Origin: an uncultured Chloroflexia bacterium
GTDB taxonomy: Bacteria; Chloroflexota; Limnocylindria; Limnocylindrales; CSP1-4
Length of the DNA: 64,000 nt
Assembly (NCBI GenBank): GCA_963828165.1
Contig: CAWHDR010000001.1
Location: forward strand, 320,001 to 384,000
Reading direction: 5' to 3'
Every line of letters begins with the position of its first letter. Within the stretch, counting starts at the first letter, position 1. The position numbers were made by a program, and so were the translations under genes. The notes beneath the pieces are model-generated. The model had not been told where the DNA came from, did not search any database, and saw only the letters and a list, made by a program, of their open reading frames with translations. Below are positions 44,634-54,618 of this stretch, in pieces.

Positions 44634-46274
44634 GTGACGCAGGAGAGGGCGGGCGCCGCAGGGCAGGCAGCCGGACGAGCCAAGGGTGAGATCGCCAGGG
44701 CGCGCGACTTCCGGTTCGGGCCCGGATATGCGTTGCTCGCCGGGCTCGGCATCGCCGTGGTGGCCCTCGCTGCGAAGGCGGCGTTCAACCAGTTCGCGCA
44801 GGACAACACCGGATACATCCTGCTCATGGCGGCGGCGGTCCTGGCGGCCTGGTTCGGCGGCCTGATCGGCGGGATGACAGCCATCGTCGTAGCGGTGATC
44901 CTCAATGGGGTGTTCTTCCTGGGTGGCGACGCGACCCTGGCGTCGCGCGCCGAACTCGTGCGAGAGATCATCTATGTCGTGGCGGCCACCGGAACGGTGC
45001 TCCTCGTGGCCTCCCGTCGGGCAGCGCGCGACCGACTCGTAGACGCCCTGGACGAAGTCGCGGCGCTTGCCGAGGCGGTCGAGGGCCGGGACCGTCGACT
45101 CGAGGTCATGCTCGCCGCTTCGGGCACCGGGTTCTGGGAGTGGAACATCACCGACAGCACGCTGACGTGGTCGGACGAGATCTTCCACCAGCACGGCATG
45201 GAGCCAATGGCGCACGCCCCGTCGTTCGAGGCGTACCTCGACATGATCCATCCCGACGATCGAGAGCCGTTCCGCAGCGGCGTCCAGGCAGCGATCGAGG
45301 GGGTGGCGCCCTACGCCCTCGATTTCCGCGTGGTGTGGCCGGACGGATCGGTCCACTGGGCGCAGGGTGCGGGCCGCGTCATCCGCGACGGAGAGGGACG
45401 CGCGATCTCGATGATCGGCACCGGCCGGGACATCACCGAGCGCCGTCACGTCGAGGAGCAGCGCGATCAGCTGCTCCTGGAGGAGCGCCGGGCCGGGGAG
45501 TTCCGCGAGGCGTTCATCGACGTCATCAGCCATGAGCTGCGCACGCCGATCACGACCATCCTGGGCCTCACCCAGATCCTGGCGCGTCCGGGGCGCGCCG
45601 ACGACCCCGCGTCGCGCGCGGTTCTGCTCGAAGACGTTCGCGCCGAATCCGAGCGACTCCACCGGCTCGTCGAGGATCTGCTGGTCCTGAGCCGTGCGGA
45701 ACGTGGACGGCTGGTCATCGACGCCGAACCACTTCAGCCGCGGCGGTTGATCGAACGGATCGTGGCCCAAGAGGCTCCCGACTTGCCGTCCCTCCACATC
45801 GAGACCCGGCTGGGGCCCGACCTGCCGGTCGTCGCCGGTGAAGGAACCTATGTCGAGCAGATCGTCCGTAACCTGCTGGGCAACGCCGCGAAGTACACGC
45901 CCGTGGGGACGAAGGTCGTCATCGATGCTCGCCGCGACGACAGCGTCGTCGAGATCCGCGTCACCGACGACGGCCCCGGGATCCCGGACGAATCGCTGCG
46001 CCGCGTCTTCGACCTGTTCTATCGCGATCCCGACAGCGCCAGGTCGGTCGCCGGTTCAGGGATCGGGTTGTTCGTCTGTCGCAGCCTCGTGGAAGCGATG
46101 GGCGGGCGGATGTGGGCGCGCCGGCCGCCGGGTGGCGGCTCCGAATTCGGATTCACCTTGCGCGTCCTGGAGGCCGACGAGCTCGAAGTCGAGGAGCCCT
46201 ACGAGCGGCACCCGGTGTCCCTCCTCGAGCCCCCGGGCCGGCCGATCAGCCCGGAGCCAGCCACCACCGAATGA
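44634..46274 (+). CDS. Membrane sensor histidine kinase (DUF4118-like TM domain + PAS + HisKA + HATPase)
   Basis: 4 TMs; G.WEW, IHPDDR, FRV..PDG..HW, G...DITER; SHELRTP, NLLGNA.KY, DDGPGI, GSGIGL. Confidence 0.9.
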   Translation: MTQERAGAAGQAAGRAKGEIARARDFRFGPGYALLAGLGIAVVALAAKAAFNQFAQDNTGYILLMAAAVLAAWFGGLIGGMTAIVVAVILNGVFFLGGDATLASRAELVREIIYVVAATGTVLLVASRRAARDRLVDALDEVAALAEAVEGRDRRLEVMLAASGTGFWEWNITDSTLTWSDEIFHQHGMEPMAHAPSFEAYLDMIHPDDREPFRSGVQAAIEGVAPYALDFRVVWPDGSVHWAQGAGRVIRDGEGRAISMIGTGRDITERRHVEEQRDQLLLEERRAGEFREAFIDVISHELRTPITTILGLTQILARPGRADDPASRAVLLEDVRAESERLHRLVEDLLVLSRAERGRLVIDAEPLQPRRLIERIVAQEAPDLPSLHIETRLGPDLPVVAGEGTYVEQIVRNLLGNAAKYTPVGTKVVIDARRDDSVVEIRVTDDGPGIPDESLRRVFDLFYRDPDSARSVAGSGIGLFVCRSLVEAMGGRMWARRPPGGGSEFGFTLRVLEADELEVEEPYERHPVSLLEPPGRPISPEPATTE

Positions 46275-47529
46275 TGCCGATGGCGGCGCCCGCCGCGATC
46301 AGCCAGCCGGTGCCGATGCCGCGGAGCAGTAGCCCGAATGCCGCGAGCATCGTCGCGACGCCCACGATGTCACGGACCCCGGCGATCGCCAATTGGACCG
46401 ACACGACGCCGAGCAACCCGACGGCAGCCAGGTTGACCCCGTCGAGGAACGAGCGGGCTCGGACGGAGGTGCGGAGTCGATCGAGGATCGGGATGCTCAC
46501 GGCCACTGCGATGAACGCCGGCAGGAACACGCCGACGGTCGCGGCCACGGCGCCTAGCGGTCCGCCGACCACGTAGCCGATGAACGTGGCGGTCGAGAAC
46601 AGCGGACCCGGGGTCGCCTGACCGACCGCGACGGCATCGAGGAGCTGCGTCTCGGTGATCCACTCGAGCCCGTCCACGAGCTCGGAGCGAAGCAGGGCCA
46701 CCAGGAGGTAGCCGCTACCGAACAGGACCGCGCCGATCTTGAGGAAGGTCACGAGGATGAGGCCTGGCGTGGCGCTCACGGCGACTCCGGCGGCGGCTGC
46801 CGCCATCACGCTCGTGGCAGCGGGTACTCCTGTGACCGCGGCGCCCGCGGCCACAGCGTGGGTGGCGCCACCCGAAACCCCACCGACCGTCGGCCACGCC
46901 CACGAGACCATCCCGATCGCTGCGCTCTGGCCGCCCAGCGTGGCGACCAATCCGACCGATACGACACCGGCACCGAGCAGCACCGCGATCTCCGGTACGC
47001 CGACCACGATCGCAGCGACAGACGCAACGAGAACGCCCACATGCAGCGGGCTGCGCAGGGTCGTGCGCGCGATCGACAAGCCGGCATGGGCAACGATGGC
47101 CACGACGACTGGAGTGATGCCGCCGAGCAGTGCCGCGACCTCGGGGCGCCGTCCGTGCTCGACGTAGAGCCAGGCCAGGACGGCGACGATCAGCACGGCG
47201 GGAAGCAGGAATGCGAGTCCGGCCACGAGCAGCCCGGCTCGTCCCGCGCGGCGATGGCCGATGTGCATCGCGAGCTCGGTGGACGTCGGGCCCGGGATCA
47301 GGTTGGCCGCGCCGATCAGGTCGACGAAGACGGCGTCGTCCAGCCACCCGCGACGCCGCACGAACTCGTCGCGCATGATGGCGATGTGGCCCGCCGGCCC
47401 ACCGAAGGCCGTCAGCCCGATCCGCAGGAAGACCGCGGCCAACGGGGCCAGCCCGGTCCGGTCCGGCCGGCCGGCCGGGACTCCCGTCCGCAGGGCGCCC
47501 GTCGGCGACGGCGTGCTGCCGGCCGGCAC
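46246..47529 (-). CDS. chrA: Chromate efflux transporter
   Basis: FL.IG..AFGGP, IPGPTSTE, FLKIG..LFGSG, GQATPGP.FS.ATF.GY, FLP.F. Confidence 0.92.
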   Translation of the reverse strand: MPAGSTPSPTGALRTGVPAGRPDRTGLAPLAAVFLRIGLTAFGGPAGHIAIMRDEFVRRRGWLDDAVFVDLIGAANLIPGPTSTELAMHIGHRRAGRAGLLVAGLAFLLPAVLIVAVLAWLYVEHGRRPEVAALLGGITPVVVAIVAHAGLSIARTTLRSPLHVGVLVASVAAIVVGVPEIAVLLGAGVVSVGLVATLGGQSAAIGMVSWAWPTVGGVSGGATHAVAAGAAVTGVPAATSVMAAAAAGVAVSATPGLILVTFLKIGAVLFGSGYLLVALLRSELVDGLEWITETQLLDAVAVGQATPGPLFSTATFIGYVVGGPLGAVAATVGVFLPAFIAVAVSIPILDRLRTSVRARSFLDGVNLAAVGLLGVVSVQLAIAGVRDIVGVATMLAAFGLLLRGIGTGWLIAAGAAIGIIRWWLAPG

Positions 47530-47536
47530 GCGCTAC

Positions 47537-50221
47537 TCAGCCGGCGAGCGGATCGATCTTGTCCGGGTCGATGCCGAGCTCGCGGATCGCCTTGGCCGCC
47601 TTGGCCGGGGCCATCGCGCCGCATCGCGCGAGGGAGACGAGGGTCGCCGCCGCGATATGGGGCGGGTCGATCTCGAACAGCGCCCGCAGATCCTCGCGCG
47701 TGCCACTTCGGCCGAACCCGTCGGTTCCGAGCGACACGTAGGGCGCCGGCAGCCAGCGAGCCACCATGTCCGGCAGCGCCTTCATCCAGTCGGTGGCGGC
47801 CACGATCGGGCCGCCATCGCCGGGAAGCACCGTCGTGACAAAGGGAACACGCTGTTCCTTGGCGTCGGGGTGCAGCCGGTTCCAGCGCTCGGTCTCGAGC
47901 GCGTCGCGCCGCAGGAGTGGGAACGACGGGGCGCTGTAGACCTCGGCGGCCACGCCGAATCGTTCGGCCAGCAGGTCGCGTGCCGCGATGACCCCGTTGA
48001 GGATGGAGCCGGAGCCGACCAGTCGAGCCGGGTGGGCGTCCTTCCCGACATCCGGGGCCTCGGCGAACCGGTAGATCCCGCGCAGGATCCCCTCGTCGAT
48101 GCCCTCGGCTTTCGGTGGCTGGGCGTAGTTCTCGTTATAGAGCGTGATGTAGTAGTAGACGTCCTCGCCCTTGACGTACATGCGCTCGATCCCGTCGCGC
48201 ACGATCGCGGCGAGCTCGTAGGCGAAGGCCGGGTCGTAGCCGCGAACGACCGGGACCGTCGACGCCAGGATGTGGCTGTGGCCGTCGTCGTGCTGCAGGC
48301 CTTCGCCCGCCAGCGTCGTACGACCGGCCGTCGCGCCCATGAGGAAGCCGCGCCCGCGGGCATCTCCGAACGCCCACATCTGGTCCCCGGTCCGCTGGAA
48401 GCCGAACATCGAGTAGAAGATGTAGAACGGGATCATCGAGTGGCCATGGGTGGCGTAGGAGGTCCCGGCCGCCTGGAAGCTGGCCATCGAACCCGCCTCG
48501 GTGATGCCCTCCTCGAGGACCTGGCCGTCGGTCGCCTCGCGGTACGAGAGCACGAGGTCGGAATCGACGGGCTCGTAGCGCTGGCCGAGGGCGGCGTAGA
48601 TGCCGACCTCCTTGAACAGCGGGTCCATGCCGAACGTGCGCGCCTCGTCGGGGATGATCGGCACGATGCGCGACCCGAGCTCCTTGTCGCGGATCAGATT
48701 GCGCAGGATCCTCGTGAAGACCATGGTCGTCGACACCTCGGTCTTGCTGCCGGCCGCGAACTCCTGATCGACCTCGGGGGAGGGTGCTGGCAGCGGCCCC
48801 GCGCGGACCACCCGCTTGGGGATCGAGCCGCCGAGCGCTGCTCGGCGCTCGCGCAGGTACTCGACCTCCTCGGACTTGGGGCCTGGGTGGTAGTACGGGG
48901 CTTCCTTGAGCTGCTCGTCCGGGATCGGCAGCTGCAGCCGGTCGCGGAAGATCTGCAGCTCCTTCTCCGACAGTTTCTTGGCCTGGTGGGTGATGTTGCG
49001 GGCCTCGACGCCCGGCCCCAGGGTCCAACCCTTCACGGTCTTGGCGAGGATGACCGTCGGCGCGCCCTGGAACTCGGTCGCGGCCTTGTACGCGGCATAG
49101 ACCTTGCGGTAGTCGTGACCGCCCCGGCGCAGCTTGGCCAGGTCGTCGTCGGTCAGGTGTTCGACGAGCTTGCGCAGCCGCTGGTCCGGACCGAAGAATT
49201 GCTCGCGGATGTAGGCGCCGCCGGCCACGCTGAACTTCTGGAACTCGCCGTCAAGGGTGTCGTTCATCTGCTGGACGAGCAGCCCGTCGACGTCGCGGGC
49301 CAGGAGGTCGTCCCACTCGCGCGCCCAGATGACCTTGATGACGTTCCAGCCGGCGCCCCGGAAGACCGCTTCGAGCTCCTGGATGATCTTGCCGTTGCCG
49401 CGGACGGGGCCGTCGAGCCGCTGCAGGTTGCAGTTGACGACGAAGGTCAGGTTGTCGAGGCCCTCGCGGGCCGCCAGGTTGAGCGCGCCCAGCGACTCGG
49501 GCTCGTCGGTCTCGCCGTCCCCGAGGAACGCCCACACCCGTGACTTCGACGTATCGAGTTGTCCGCGGTTGTGGAGATAGCGGTTGAAGCGGGCCTGGTA
49601 GACCGCGCTGATCGGCCCGAGACCCATCGAGACCGTCGGATACTCCCAGAAGTCGGGCATCAGCCGCGGGTGCGGGTACGAGCTCAGACCGACCCCGGGC
49701 TCGCCCTCGCGGCGGAAGTGGTCGAGCTGGGCCTCGGTCAGCCGGCCCTCGAGAAACGCGCGGGCGTAGATCCCGGGCGCCGCATGGCCCTGGTAGAAGA
49801 TCTGGTCGCCACTCCCCTCCCCGTCCTTGCCACGGAAGAAGTGGTTGAAGCCGGTCTCGTACAGGCTCGCCGAGCTCGCATAGGTCGATAGATGCCCGCC
49901 GATGCCCGCGAACTTGGTGTTCGCTCGCAGCACCATCGCCACGGCGTTCCAGCGCACGATCCGCCGGATCCGCAGCTCCATGGCCTCGTCACCCGGGAAA
50001 TCGGGCTCCTGCTCGGGGCTGATCGTATTGATGTAGCGGGTCTGGGTGAGCGGGGGGAGGCCGATCTGCAGCTGGCGAGCTCGCTTGAGAAGCTTGTAGA
50101 CCAGGAAGCGGGCACGCGTCTCACCGGCCTGCTCGACGACCTGATCGAGGGACTGCATCCAGTCCTCGGTCTCGTCCGGGTCGATGTCCGGCAGCTGGTG
50201 CTTGAATTCGTCGAAGTACAT
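47537..50221 (-). CDS. aceE: Pyruvate dehydrogenase E1, homodimeric type
   Basis: D.DP.ET..W, GGH.STYAS, QGHA.PG.YA, GDGE.DEPE, NCNLQRLDGPVRGNGK, YSMFGFQR, GEGLQH.DGHS, LGTDGFGRS. Confidence 0.96.
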   Translation of the reverse strand: MYFDEFKHQLPDIDPDETEDWMQSLDQVVEQAGETRARFLVYKLLKRARQLQIGLPPLTQTRYINTISPEQEPDFPGDEAMELRIRRIVRWNAVAMVLRANTKFAGIGGHLSTYASSASLYETGFNHFFRGKDGEGSGDQIFYQGHAAPGIYARAFLEGRLTEAQLDHFRREGEPGVGLSSYPHPRLMPDFWEYPTVSMGLGPISAVYQARFNRYLHNRGQLDTSKSRVWAFLGDGETDEPESLGALNLAAREGLDNLTFVVNCNLQRLDGPVRGNGKIIQELEAVFRGAGWNVIKVIWAREWDDLLARDVDGLLVQQMNDTLDGEFQKFSVAGGAYIREQFFGPDQRLRKLVEHLTDDDLAKLRRGGHDYRKVYAAYKAATEFQGAPTVILAKTVKGWTLGPGVEARNITHQAKKLSEKELQIFRDRLQLPIPDEQLKEAPYYHPGPKSEEVEYLRERRAALGGSIPKRVVRAGPLPAPSPEVDQEFAAGSKTEVSTTMVFTRILRNLIRDKELGSRIVPIIPDEARTFGMDPLFKEVGIYAALGQRYEPVDSDLVLSYREATDGQVLEEGITEAGSMASFQAAGTSYATHGHSMIPFYIFYSMFGFQRTGDQMWAFGDARGRGFLMGATAGRTTLAGEGLQHDDGHSHILASTVPVVRGYDPAFAYELAAIVRDGIERMYVKGEDVYYYITLYNENYAQPPKAEGIDEGILRGIYRFAEAPDVGKDAHPARLVGSGSILNGVIAARDLLAERFGVAAEVYSAPSFPLLRRDALETERWNRLHPDAKEQRVPFVTTVLPGDGGPIVAATDWMKALPDMVARWLPAPYVSLGTDGFGRSGTREDLRALFEIDPPHIAAATLVSLARCGAMAPAKAAKAIRELGIDPDKIDPLAG

Positions 50222-50312
50222 GTGTTGCGACTCCAGAGCGCGCGAACCGCGGCTGATCGTACGGCGGCGGACCGCCGTCAGAAGGTGGTGGGTCGGGGCC
50301 GATTCGCTCCGG

Positions 50313-50678
50313 TCACTGGCGCTCGAGACGGAGCGTGAGATCGAGGAGCTCGGGGGCGACCATGGCGTTCGCAGCGGGATCGCCCGCGTACTTGCGCAGC
50401 AGGCCGGTCGATGTCCGCTCGATCGAGCCTGCGTCGATCGCCGGGATCGCCCTCGCCGGAAGTCGTCGACCGTTGACGTGCAACGCGATGGAGGGGTCCG
50501 TCAACGCCTCGCGGTACCAGCGGGCGTCCGGCCCTCGATACGACCTGACGAAGACCGATCCATCGTCGACGACGGCCCAGATGATGGTCCGGTGGACGGC
50601 GCCCTCGGCACCGCTGGTCTCGATCTCGACCTCCTCGGCCCGGTCGATCAGATCGAGCTCAGCCGCGCTGTATCCCAT
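50313..50678 (-). CDS. DUF2255 family protein
   Basis: EEV.I.T, T.IW.V, V.VRS.RG....WY, Y..KY-like. TACCCT -10 6 nt upstream of ATG 50678. Confidence 0.75.
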   Translation of the reverse strand: MGYSAAELDLIDRAEEVEIETSGAEGAVHRTIIWAVVDDGSVFVRSYRGPDARWYREALTDPSIALHVNGRRLPARAIPAIDAGSIERTSTGLLRKYAGDPAANAMVAPELLDLTLRLERQ

Positions 50679-50914
50679 GCCTGAAGGGTAGCCCATCCCG
50701 GCTTCTTGAGGCCCCCGACGTGCGGTCACGGCCGCTGTAATGCCGATGTAACCGGATTGCAATGTCGGGGGCCCATCCGCGTCAGGCGCCCCGGGACATG
50801 CTGCTAGGGCTTCGAGCCGTCCGTCCGAACGGGCGGGCCCGCTCGACCGGTCGCCGGTCCAGAGCTCGGCCGACCGGATATCGCCACCCGCGATCGAACG
50901 AAGGAGTCCCAGTC

Positions 50915-51121
50915 ATGTCCGATCCGAACTATGACCGTGACACGGTCGTCGTCAAAGATGGCGGCTCCAGCACCGGCATGATCCTCGGCATCATCGCCGT
51001 GATCATCGTGCTCGCCGGCGCGTGGTATTTCCTCGCCGGTCCGGGTGCGAACACGAGCTCCACACCAACCGACGTGAACGTGGACGTCACGCTCCCGAGC
51101 GTCGCGCCCGCCGGCTCCTAG
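50915..51121 (+). CDS. Small single-TM protein (68 aa)
   Basis: SD AAGGAG; TVVV..GG..G.ILGII..II......WYF; DVNVDV.LP. Confidence 0.7.
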   Translation: MSDPNYDRDTVVVKDGGSSTGMILGIIAVIIVLAGAWYFLAGPGANTSSTPTDVNVDVTLPSVAPAGS

Positions 51122-51216
51122 GTCTGCTCCGCGCCGTCCGGCGCGACCCCAAGCGCGCCGGACGTGACGCCCCCGGCCATGTCCGTCACCATGACCCCGA
51201 CCCAGGAGGTACAAGA

Positions 51217-51972
51217 GTGAGCACCCAGCCGCTCGTACTCGTCGCGGACGACGAGCCGCGGATCACGAAACTCGTGTCGATCGCCCTCGGTGAGGAGGGT
51301 TTCCGCGTCGTTACTGCAAACGGCGGCGAGGAGGCACTCCAGAAGGCCGAGGAGGTGCGCCCTGACATCGTTCTCCTGGACATCGTCATGCCGGACCTCG
51401 ACGGCATCGAGGTCATGCGACAGCTACGCGAGCGACGCCCTGTCGCGGTGATCCTGCTGACCGCCAAGGGCTCGACCGCCGACAAGGCCAAGGGCCTCGA
51501 CCTGGGCGCCGACGACTACATCGCCAAGCCCTTCCATCCCGACGAACTGGCCGCCCGCGTCCGGGCCGTCTTGCGCCGCTCGTCCGGCGCCAGCCCGGGA
51601 TCGGGTGTCCTGGCGTTCGACGATATCGAGATCGACCTCGAACGCCGCATGGTCACCCGGAACGGGGAGCTGGTCCAGCTTTCGCGGACCGAATGGCTGC
51701 TCCTCCAGCACCTGGCTGCGAACGCCGGCAAGGTGGTCCTCCACACGGAGCTGCTGACCAAGGTGTGGGGCCCCGAATACCGCGACGACCTCCAGTACCT
51801 CCGAGTCTGGGTGTCGCGCGTCCGCCGCAAGCTGGGGGCGGAGCCCGGGGAGCCCGGGCGGATCAAGACGTTCCAGGGCATCGGGTACCTGCTCGACGTG
51901 GTCCCGCCGGTCGCACCGGAGACGGTGGCGCCGGAGCCGGCCCCGGACGAGCGCTCGGCGATGATCGGCTAG
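51217..51972 (+). CDS. OmpR-family response regulator (KdpE-like), orphan
   Basis: VADDE, LLDIVMP, LTAK, GADDY.AKPF, L..VWG.EY..D..YLRV.V...RRKL, G.GY. SD AGGAGG. Confidence 0.93.
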   Translation: MSTQPLVLVADDEPRITKLVSIALGEEGFRVVTANGGEEALQKAEEVRPDIVLLDIVMPDLDGIEVMRQLRERRPVAVILLTAKGSTADKAKGLDLGADDYIAKPFHPDELAARVRAVLRRSSGASPGSGVLAFDDIEIDLERRMVTRNGELVQLSRTEWLLLQHLAANAGKVVLHTELLTKVWGPEYRDDLQYLRVWVSRVRRKLGAEPGEPGRIKTFQGIGYLLDVVPPVAPETVAPEPAPDERSAMIG

Positions 51973-51994
51973 TTCACCGAGCTTCCCCGCTACC

Positions 51995-52019
51995 GAAGCG
52001 GCGCCCGCGGCGCCGCTTC
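51995..52019 (+). terminator. Intrinsic terminator-like hairpin
   Basis: GAAGCGGCGCC-CGC-GGCGCCGCTTC followed by TTC. Confidence 0.7.
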
Positions 52020-52070
52020 TTCGCGTTCGACTGCCGGTCCCTGGACGCCCCGGCTGATAGGCTCGGCGCC

Positions 52071-52677
52071 ATGCGCCGCTATGACTCGACGACGAGCCTG
52101 ATCGTCGTCGATGTGCAGAACGACTTCGCCGACCCGGCGGGCAGCCTGGCGGTGGCCGGGGGCGACACCGTGGTGCCGACGATCAACGCGGAGATCGCCA
52201 GGGCGACGGCCGCGGACGGCCTCGTCGTCTTCACCCAGGACTGGCATCCCGAGACTACGCCGCATTTCGCGAAGGACGGCGGCATCTGGCCGGTCCATTG
52301 CGTGGCCGACACGTGGGGCGCCCAGCTCCATCCCGCGTTGCAGACTCCCCATGAGGCGCCACGGGTCCGCAAGGGCGTCAACGGCGAGGATGGCTACTCC
52401 GGGTTCGCCACGCGCGATCCGACGACCGGGCAGGAGACTCCGACCGAGCTCGACTCGTTGCTCCGCGGCCGCGGGATCGGGCGGGTCGTGGTGGTCGGCC
52501 TTGCGACCGACTACTGCGTCAAGGCAACCGCCCTCGATGCCGCACGCCTGGGCTACGAGACGAGCGTGCTGACCGATGCGATCGCGGCCGTCGATCTCAC
52601 CCCTGGCGACGGCGCCCGAGCCATCGACGAGATGATCGCGGCCGGCGTCCGGCCATGGCAAACGCAGGATGCGCTGA
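52071..52677 (+). CDS. pncA: Nicotinamidase/pyrazinamidase (isochorismatase family); reads in frame into the next gene as assembled
   Basis: VDVQNDF, QDWHP, WPVHC, K...DGYSGF, GLATDYCV. TAGGCT -10. An out-of-frame TGA at 52675-52677 overlaps the next ATG. Confidence 0.85.
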
Positions 52678-53582
52678 TGCAGCTCCACCTCGTCGACGCC
52701 ACCTACGAGCTGTTCCGGGCCCACTTCGCCCCCCGTCCGGACGTCATCGGTCGGGACGGGATCGTGCTCTCGGGCGTGTCCGGCCTGTGCGACCAACTGC
52801 TGTACCTGTTGCGCGAGGAGGGGGCCACGCACGTCGGCTGCGCGACCGACCGCGTGATCGAGTCCTTCCGCAACGACCTGTACCCGGGCTACAAGTCGTC
52901 CGCCGGGATGCCGCCGGACCTGCTCGCCCAATTCCCCATCGCGGAAGCCGCGATCGAGGCCCTCGGCGTCGTGCTCTGGCCGATGGTCGAGTTCGAGGCC
53001 GACGATGCCATCGCGGCGGCGGCCGTCCGCTTCGCCGAAGACGAGCGCGTCGAACGGATCCTCGTGTGCACCCCGGACAAGGACATGGCCCAGCTCGTCC
53101 GCGACGAGCGGATCGTGCTGTGGGATCGCCGCCGCGGGATCACCTACGACGACGCCGGCGTCCGGGCCAAGTGGGGCGTGTCCCCGCCCTCGATCCCCGA
53201 CTGGCTGGCGCTGGTGGGCGATTCGTCGGACGGCTACCCGGGCCTGCCCGGCTGGGGGGCGAAAGGGGCGGCCGCGATCCTGGCTCGCTACGGACATTTC
53301 GAGGACATCCCCGAGAAGGCATCGGCCTGGGAGGTGCCGGGGGTCGGGGGCACGCGAGCGGTCGGACTCGCGGCGACCCTGCGCGAGCACTGGGACGAGG
53401 CGCTCCTGTACCGGGATCTCGCGCGACTGCGCACCGCCGCGGATGGCGTCCAGATCCGCCAGCGGGACGCCGACGAGCTGCGCTGGGACGGGGCGCCGCG
53501 CGCCACGTGGGAGGCGTTCTGCGAGGAATGGGGCCTGGACCGGCTCCGGACCCGACCGCACCGCTGGCTCGACGAGGACTGA
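52677..53582 (+). CDS. Stand-alone 5'-3' exonuclease / flap endonuclease (PolA N-terminal-like)
   Basis: LVD.TYELFR, FRN.LY.GYK, EADD, DKD..QL, H3TH LVGD.SDG.PG.PG.G.K.A. Confidence 0.88.
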   Translation: MQLHLVDATYELFRAHFAPRPDVIGRDGIVLSGVSGLCDQLLYLLREEGATHVGCATDRVIESFRNDLYPGYKSSAGMPPDLLAQFPIAEAAIEALGVVLWPMVEFEADDAIAAAAVRFAEDERVERILVCTPDKDMAQLVRDERIVLWDRRRGITYDDAGVRAKWGVSPPSIPDWLALVGDSSDGYPGLPGWGAKGAAAILARYGHFEDIPEKASAWEVPGVGGTRAVGLAATLREHWDEALLYRDLARLRTAADGVQIRQRDADELRWDGAPRATWEAFCEEWGLDRLRTRPHRWLDED

Positions 53583-53600
53583 TCGACCACCGACGTTGCT

Positions 53601-53765
53601 CGATTCACTCCCGGTGAAGGTTTACGCGGTCAAGCGCATGACCGGACCGCGATGGGTTCCGGTGTTCACCGCCGGTGAACGATCGACGTCGGAGCCGGCA
53701 CAAACCACCCATTTCGCACCTGGCACGTCATCTACAGCGTGAATTCGTTCACCACCGGAGAATCG
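53601..53765. repeat. Three imperfect 15-bp palindromes (TTCACYNCCGGWGAA) between convergent genes; REP/BIME-like
   Basis: TTCACTCCCGGTGAA 53604-53618, TTCACCGCCGGTGAA 53665-53679, TTCACCACCGGAGAA 53748-53762. Outer copies flanked by CGA...TCG. Confidence 0.6.
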
Positions 53766-53775
53766 ACGCGAATGC

Positions 53776-54618
53776 CTACCTGACGAGGTCGAGTAGCGTC
53801 CCGTGATGGGCGACCGGGGACGCCACGATGCCGCTCGACGCCGGCCCGCGCGCCAGGTCGAACCACGGGCCGCCGTCCATCGCGGTGACTTGGGCACCGC
53901 CCCGCTCGGCGACCAGGCCGGCGGCCGCGATGTCCCACGCCGACAGCCCACCCTGCTGGATGAAGGCGTCGAACCGCCCGTTGCCCACGTACGCGAGCGC
54001 CAGGGCCGCCGAACCCATCGAGCGTGAGATGCGGATCCCCTTGCGAACGGCTCGCGACCGGCCGACGGCACCCCTCCCGCCAAGGGCCATCGAGATCACG
54101 AAGTCGGAGAGCTTGTCCTTCTCGGACGCTGTGATCGCGTGGCTGGGTGACCCGAGCGCGGCCGCCAGGAGGGCCGGCCCGTCGGCTGTCGCCGCGAAGG
54201 TCTCCCCACGGGTCGGGTCGTGAACCACGCCGACGCTCGGGCGTCCATCCAGGATGAGCCCGATCGAGACGCAGAAGAACGGGATGCCGTTCGCGTAGTT
54301 CACGGTGCCGTCCAGCGGATCGATGATCCAGAGCCGGCCCCGACCCGAGGTGGGCGCCTCCCCGGCGATCGCCCGGTGCTCCCCGCTCTCCTCGGCCAGG
54401 ATCGCGTCGTTAGGGTGGCGCGCACGGATGGCGTCGATGATCAGCTCCTCCGACAGGTGGTCGGCCTCAGTCACGACATCGCGGGCGCTCTTGTGATGGA
54501 TCCGCTCGAGGCGCTCGTAGCGGTCCATCAGCACCTCGCCCGCGCGAGCCGCGAGCGCCAGCCCGAACGCCAGGTCGTCCGCGCTGCCGACGATGCGGTC
54601 GACCGATGCCGGTGTCAC
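53776..54618 (-). CDS. Inositol monophosphatase family protein (SuhB-like)
   Basis: DVVTEAD..SE, LAEES, WIIDPLDGT.NY, GSAAL.LA.V..GR.D, WDIAA. GTGA overlap with the upstream gene. Confidence 0.9.
   Translation of the reverse strand: MTPASVDRIVGSADDLAFGLALAARAGEVLMDRYERLERIHHKSARDVVTEADHLSEELIIDAIRARHPNDAILAEESGEHRAIAGEAPTSGRGRLWIIDPLDGTVNYANGIPFFCVSIGLILDGRPSVGVVHDPTRGETFAATADGPALLAAALGSPSHAITASEKDKLSDFVISMALGGRGAVGRSRAVRKGIRISRSMGSAALALAYVGNGRFDAFIQQGGLSAWDIAAAGLVAERGGAQVTAMDGGPWFDLARGPASSGIVASPVAHHGTLLDLVR

Noticed and set aside
53601-53765. Three palindromes as a mini-CRISPR
   Set aside because: Repeats are only 15 bp and degenerate, spacers are unequal (46 and 68 bp), and no cas genes are present.
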